Origin: a virus
IMG/VR virus record: IMGVR_UViG_3300042898_002099
DNA length: 64,000 nucleotides
Reading direction: 5' to 3' (one strand)
The stretch's first letter is position 1. Every line of letters begins with the position of its first letter. Shown here piece after piece: positions 59,506-64,000 of this stretch. The notes under the pieces were generated by a model. The model did no database searches. It had not been told where the DNA came from and saw only the letters and a program-made list of their open reading frames with translations. The position numbers and the translations under genes are program-made.

Positions 59506-60630
59506 TTACCTCATAATTCGTAAAATGATTGTATCTATATTTATCCTACCATTAACCGCTTGTTCTTTAGCCTTAATATCATTGATGTATGTTCGCAACT
59601 TAACTTTGCCTGCACCCATTAGATCTTTAATTTGTTCTGCAGGTTTACGTAGTGTCTTTTGCTTAGATTTATCTGGTGACCAATTTTGCAAAGCCGACCC
59701 CTTAACAGTCATACCTTTTGTAGACTCAGACGTATAAACTGCTAGCTTACGAGTTTTAGTATTAAATAACCAGACTTGTTCTGCACCTACAAGATCAATT
59801 GCTTTTGCAGATGTCAACCCAAGTTCTTCATCTTTAACTTTATACTTAAGAGATTTAATCTGTGTGACTGCAGGCTTTTCTCTTACTGCTCGAGGTTTGC
59901 GATTTGCTTTCTTAAATTGTGAGTATTTCTCGCAATCAGCAATAAATGCCTCAAATAGCTTAACTAAGTTCTTTAGTTTGCGTTTATTGATATTAGAATA
60001 ACCCTCAATCGTTTGAGAATCTTTAGTATCAACGACTGCATTATATTGATCTAATTTTTTCTGTGCCCATTCTTTAATGTCTGAAACATATGGTCCAGGA
60101 ATTTGATTAGATTTTAAATTATTGTATAAATTAATCTCAACATCATTCTTAATGAAGTCATCAATCAATCCTTCGACTTCGCCAATATACTCAGAAGTCT
60201 TTTCCTTCATTACATCTTGAATAGAAGGTTTTTTAACTGTGCCAATAGGCGTTACAACCTTAGCAACAGACTTTTTATTGTAGAATCTGTTTTTGCCTAA
60301 CCGAATCAATTCATCAAGTGCATTATTAAAACCTTGCATATGAGTAGGTGATAATTTTGCGCCTTGAAGAACTAGTCTAGCAACCCAACCATACGTAATA
60401 TGAACATCTTTCTCTTCAATTTCAGAAAAATATTTCGCATCTTCTGGTCTATTATGTTTAATATAATATTCGTAATACTTGTAAGAGTCAGCACGAGTCT
60501 TTTCTGCAGAATACCAATTATTAATACGCATCAAGTCTGCGTTATAGTTTACAGAAATAGGATCAAGGTGCGAAACCGTAGGTTCCGAACCATATGTGCG
60601 ACTCAAATCATGTTCACGTTTAGATGCCAA
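59506..60630 (-). CDS. Conserved T4-like hypothetical protein
   Basis: 374-aa ORF with W.FNTK.RKL..Y, S..KTLRKP and NGRIN motifs. Confidence 0.75.
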   Translation of the reverse strand: MASKREHDLSRTYGSEPTVSHLDPISVNYNADLMRINNWYSAEKTRADSYKYYEYYIKHNRPEDAKYFSEIEEKDVHITYGWVARLVLQGAKLSPTHMQGFNNALDELIRLGKNRFYNKKSVAKVVTPIGTVKKPSIQDVMKEKTSEYIGEVEGLIDDFIKNDVEINLYNNLKSNQIPGPYVSDIKEWAQKKLDQYNAVVDTKDSQTIEGYSNINKRKLKNLVKLFEAFIADCEKYSQFKKANRKPRAVREKPAVTQIKSLKYKVKDEELGLTSAKAIDLVGAEQVWLFNTKTRKLAVYTSESTKGMTVKGSALQNWSPDKSKQKTLRKPAEQIKDLMGAGKVKLRTYINDIKAKEQAVNGRINIDTIILRIMR

Positions 60631-60937
60631 TTTTATCCCCTATTGTAAATTTAATTTCTCTGATAGAATCATACCTACACGATCGCCATTCGTTTTTCTC
60701 TAAATCAAAAACAGAAAGCACGTCGTCATTTTCTTTTCTGACGCGATCTGTTTTCTTTTCTAGAATCGGTAACGATGATTCGATAAGAGTACACTTCATT
60801 TTTCTTATTGTATCATCTTTCTTCAAGAAAGTCAAATTCACAATGTCCGTTCTAAGAACGCCTTGTAACCATTCCCTAAATAACTTCTGTTCTTTCGAAT
60901 CGGCTTCTTTATACCAAGTTGGGGATTCTAAATTCAT
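60620..60937 (-). CDS. WYL_2 / SH3-like beta-barrel protein
   Basis: F.KKD.T.R.M.CTL and VFDLEK.EWRS motifs. Confidence 0.75.
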   Translation of the reverse strand: MNLESPTWYKEADSKEQKLFREWLQGVLRTDIVNLTFLKKDDTIRKMKCTLIESSLPILEKKTDRVRKENDDVLSVFDLEKNEWRSCRYDSIREIKFTIGDKIGI

Positions 60938-62015
60938 TTTGTACGGCTTTCAAAATAGTTTCCACGCGATTATCGACATGGTAATTGTTCATAATTAAAT
61001 TGTGACGAGCTAAAATGCCGTCTTTACCGGTTTCATCAAATATTTTATTTGCTTTTTCAGTAATTGGTAATGGATTTTGAATATCTTCATAATCATAGAA
61101 TAAAATATAATCATGCATATTAACAATATCTCTATGATATTTTAATGAGCGAGGAACGATTGGAATTCCTCCAGTAATTAAAGCATCGTATATTCGAATT
61201 GGCGCATCATTCAATACTGGAACAATCCAATGTGCTTTATGACTGCACCATTCGGTAAATCGATCCAACATATCTCGGCTATGATAAGAACCATCTACTA
61301 ATTTTACATTTGGCAATGTTTTATGTAGTGTGGTTAAATTCTTTTGACGTAATGGGAATTGCGGATATTCAATGTGTGTTCCTAATGGATCATTGCTACG
61401 ATCTGTGTCTGTAATAAGATTTAAATGTTCTTTTAAATATTCTTTAGACCATTGAATAGTACCAGACCCAACCGGGCCTGCCATGATATTATTAAATCTT
61501 GATAATGGTTCAAGATTATCAGAGTGTGTTGGTACGTAAAGATCACATGACGCAGCTAGCATACCTGACAGAGCAAACCAGTGGTGGTTATCAAAATCCC
61601 AAATAACGAATGCAGATGTAGGTGAATTTAAATACAATTCGATAAAACGATTTAAATTATTATCAGTCATCACATTGTTATTACTTAAAATAACAACTGA
61701 GTTCTCAAATACCTTTGGTGCCGAATTCATATTAAAGAAGTGCATATTTGCACCTTTTGGTTTATATGTAACAGCATGGAAAATATGGTCAGTTAAGTAA
61801 ACTTGTCCTGAAAAGTTTTTGCTTAAATTTTCAGCAAGGTTTCTTACTCGAATATTTTTCAAGCGAACCATATCATAAATTAAATCTTGTTGAGATTGAG
61901 CACTAGTTCCAGCAATTGACTGGGCAATGTTATTTGCAATGCCATTGGTAGAGCTAATGTAATCAACTAGATTTGTTGGTGGCGGCGGTGTATCCATATT
62001 ATAAAATACTGACAT
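60909..62015 (-). CDS. Putative glycosyltransferase (GT-B; exostosin/CgeB-like C-terminus)
   Basis: RIYDALITGGIPIV motif and WDFDNHHW. Confidence 0.55.
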   Translation of the reverse strand: MSVFYNMDTPPPPTNLVDYISSTNGIANNIAQSIAGTSAQSQQDLIYDMVRLKNIRVRNLAENLSKNFSGQVYLTDHIFHAVTYKPKGANMHFFNMNSAPKVFENSVVILSNNNVMTDNNLNRFIELYLNSPTSAFVIWDFDNHHWFALSGMLAASCDLYVPTHSDNLEPLSRFNNIMAGPVGSGTIQWSKEYLKEHLNLITDTDRSNDPLGTHIEYPQFPLRQKNLTTLHKTLPNVKLVDGSYHSRDMLDRFTEWCSHKAHWIVPVLNDAPIRIYDALITGGIPIVPRSLKYHRDIVNMHDYILFYDYEDIQNPLPITEKANKIFDETGKDGILARHNLIMNNYHVDNRVETILKAVQNEFRIPNLV

Positions 62016-62263
62016 TATTCGTAATCCTCTTCGTCATCTAAATTTCTATTATTTGCCAGATTTCTAATTCTATTTTGTAAATGATCTAAAATAAGAACAT
62101 GACATTTATCTGGGCCTACAGTTTGATCAAATACCTCAAACACTCTTTGTAACATTGCGCAATTAAACATTAATAAATCTTCATCATTGTCGCACATCAT
62201 CAGTTGGCGATCTACGGGTTTCATTAGATCTCGCATACGGTTTTCTACTTTTGAATCTTTCAA
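62015..62263 (-). CDS. Hypothetical protein
   Basis: Operonic ORF with TTG start. Confidence 0.6.
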   Translation of the reverse strand: MKDSKVENRMRDLMKPVDRQLMMCDNDEDLLMFNCAMLQRVFEVFDQTVGPDKCHVLILDHLQNRIRNLANNRNLDDEEDYE

Positions 62264-62428
62264 TTAACGACCTCTGCCGACTTTCTTTTGAATGGCTTTA
62301 TTCAGTATAGGAAGATTTTTTGGTCTTACTGTGTTTGCTAATGCCTGCAAGTCTGCTAAAGGTTTCGAATGTAATTTTGGTTTTCCTGATTTCGTTGTAT
62401 TGGTATCAAGCTCTTTATTGTTTGCCAT
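62264..62428 (-). CDS. Small basic hypothetical protein (54 aa, below the ORF track cutoff)
   Basis: SD GGAGA; MANNKELDTNTTKSGKPKLHSKPL...KKVGRGR fills the intergenic gap. Confidence 0.65.
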   Translation of the reverse strand: MANNKELDTNTTKSGKPKLHSKPLADLQALANTVRPKNLPILNKAIQKKVGRGR

Positions 62429-62440
62429 AATGTCTCCATT

Positions 62441-63139
62441 TTAAAATGCTTTTAGTTTTTGCCAAGTATCCATCCAATTAAGTACATTATAACACCCACC
62501 TATATTGTTGTCAATAATAACTTTACCTAAAGGATAATCATTACCCACCTTATCCATACGGTCTCCGAAGAAATGAACTTCTTTTTCGTCTGGTAAATAT
62601 TTGAGTATTTGAGATTTGTCGGCGCCTTTGGCAAATATGTCAATGCCCGTTTCGCCCCCGACAACGGCCTGTACAGTAGACCATTTGTTGTTGATTTCGT
62701 TTGCAATATGCTCTCGCTCAAGATGAATTCTATCCCATTGATAGTATTCGTCTCTTTCAATACCTATAGCATTACGACCAACTATTGAAAAGTTTAACAT
62801 CCCGATTCTTTCTTCGAAATGTTTACCATATTTAAAATTATATCTAGAATAATACAGTTTGTTTTCAAGAAATAGCCATAAATCATCAGGACATTTCCAA
62901 TCGCTTTTGTAGATTAATTTACCTTGTTGATAAATTGCATTACCTGAGCAATTGAAAGAAAACCTGGCTTTGTTGACCAGGTCTTCTCCAAGCTGTTCTA
63001 TAGTTTTTTCAAGATCAGATCCTGTCACAAATGCAACAGGATGTTGATCCATAAAATTATTAAACCAAACTTTAAATTCATTATCTATAACGCCACGACT
63101 CGGTGTGAGTGTGCCATCCACATCAAATATAAAATACAT
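62441..63139 (-). CDS. Eukaryotic-type HAD phosphomannomutase
   Basis: FDVDGTLT, VTGSD, E.R.GM.NFS..GR and FFGD....GND motifs. Confidence 0.9.
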   Translation of the reverse strand: MYFIFDVDGTLTPSRGVIDNEFKVWFNNFMDQHPVAFVTGSDLEKTIEQLGEDLVNKARFSFNCSGNAIYQQGKLIYKSDWKCPDDLWLFLENKLYYSRYNFKYGKHFEERIGMLNFSIVGRNAIGIERDEYYQWDRIHLEREHIANEINNKWSTVQAVVGGETGIDIFAKGADKSQILKYLPDEKEVHFFGDRMDKVGNDYPLGKVIIDNNIGGCYNVLNWMDTWQKLKAF

Positions 63140-63150
63140 AATAAATTACC

Positions 63151-63567
63151 TTATGCTTTACCTTCTACTTTTTCTTTTGTACGGCCATAAGCAGCGATAC
63201 CAAGAACGGCACCCATTGCAATATGATATAGCCCAGCACCTTGAAGTGTTAAAGGTTGCCATTGGCTCGTAACTTGACCTGCGGACATTGCTTGAAGCAA
63301 TGACCATAAGATTGGAAATACAACAAAGTCTGCTGTACAGGTCATCATGTAGACCCAACCCATAACAGGCCGCCATTTTTTGTTGATCCAATCTGTACTA
63401 TCTTTATCATGTGCAACTAGTACATCTGCACCGGAGTGCATTGCACCACCGGGGCTTTTTAACATCTCAGGATTACCAGATTGGTATCCTGTAGGTGGGG
63501 TTGCGTTAGTATTAAAAGGCGTTGGATTTCTTTTTTCTTCTTCAGCGTGATCGTCCCAATTTGCCAT
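63151..63567 (-). CDS. Holin-like membrane protein (GTA 3TM-holin family)
   Basis: WRP.MGW.Y, hydrophobic segments and GAVLG..AYGRT.EK motif. Confidence 0.7.
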   Translation of the reverse strand: MANWDDHAEEEKRNPTPFNTNATPPTGYQSGNPEMLKSPGGAMHSGADVLVAHDKDSTDWINKKWRPVMGWVYMMTCTADFVVFPILWSLLQAMSAGQVTSQWQPLTLQGAGLYHIAMGAVLGIAAYGRTKEKVEGKA

Positions 63568-63582
63568 TTTTATCCCTTTTTT

Positions 63583-63888
63583 TTATTTTTTTATCTTTTT
63601 TGCTCTTGGAGCCTTTGATGCAGCTGTTTTTCTAGCTCTTGTAGCCACTGGTGCAGTTACAGCTGCTACTACGACAGGGTCTGCCGGTGTAGCAATTAGT
63701 TCGGCTGGTGCTTGACCTTGTGCCTCGACCACAACATCTGCAGGAGCAGGTGCTGGAGCAGTTGGCGCTTCGGCAGCGGCGGCAATAGCAGGTGATGCAT
63801 TGATTTTTTCTTGTCTTGCTGCAAGATCAAGAGTTGGTTCTTCTGTTTTCTTTGGTTCTAACCCAAACAATCTTCTTAAAATACTCAT
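63583..63888 (-). CDS. Ala/Pro-rich hypothetical protein with basic tail
   Basis: SD AAGGA; low-complexity sequence. Confidence 0.65.
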   Translation of the reverse strand: MSILRRLFGLEPKKTEEPTLDLAARQEKINASPAIAAAAEAPTAPAPAPADVVVEAQGQAPAELIATPADPVVVAAVTAPVATRARKTAASKAPRAKKIKK

Positions 63889-64000
63889 TTCAGTATCCTT
63901 TTATAGTTAATATTAAAAGTCACGGCAAGAACCGCAACAGCATTATATATTTAACACAATTCACACCTCACTATTTTATGAAATTGTGTCTTCAAATAAT

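Overview
The window is an AT-rich (~35% GC) segment of a large T4-like myovirus genome. Several markers suggest a freshwater phage of a betaproteobacterial host. Bases 1-41.8 kb hold the virion morphogenesis cluster: gp67-like, portal gp20, tube gp19, sheath gp18, terminase gp17/16, gp15/14/13, a collagen-like fibre, DUF4815 proteins, baseplate gp8/7/6/25/5/53/48, then gp4/2/54/26/51 and a gp29-like gene. Bases 41.8-64 kb hold replication, transcription and accessory genes: gp32, gp59, gp33, hemO-pcyX, two 2OG-Fe(II) oxygenases, a GH19 endolysin, phoH, a nucleotide-sugar cluster, DenV-like glycosylase, ligase, dsbA, RNase H and PMM. The most striking observation is a circularly permuted (two-piece) tmRNA gene on the minus strand (~45889-46255, tag ANDEQFALAA). 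Its 115-nt intervening segment encodes a Cys-rich Oxidored-like domain, in an ORF that runs through the T-arm/CCA and ends just past the 5' acceptor strand, so tmRNA maturation would destroy the mRNA. Other highlights: a probable -1 frameshift fusing gp26 to gp51; a subtilisin fused to the gp7 C-terminal domain; a DUF4815 protein ending in membrane helices plus a self-cleaving S74 domain; and a putative C-methyl-pentose pathway alongside a Thr-rich collagen fibre. All family assignments come from motif recognition, not from database searches.
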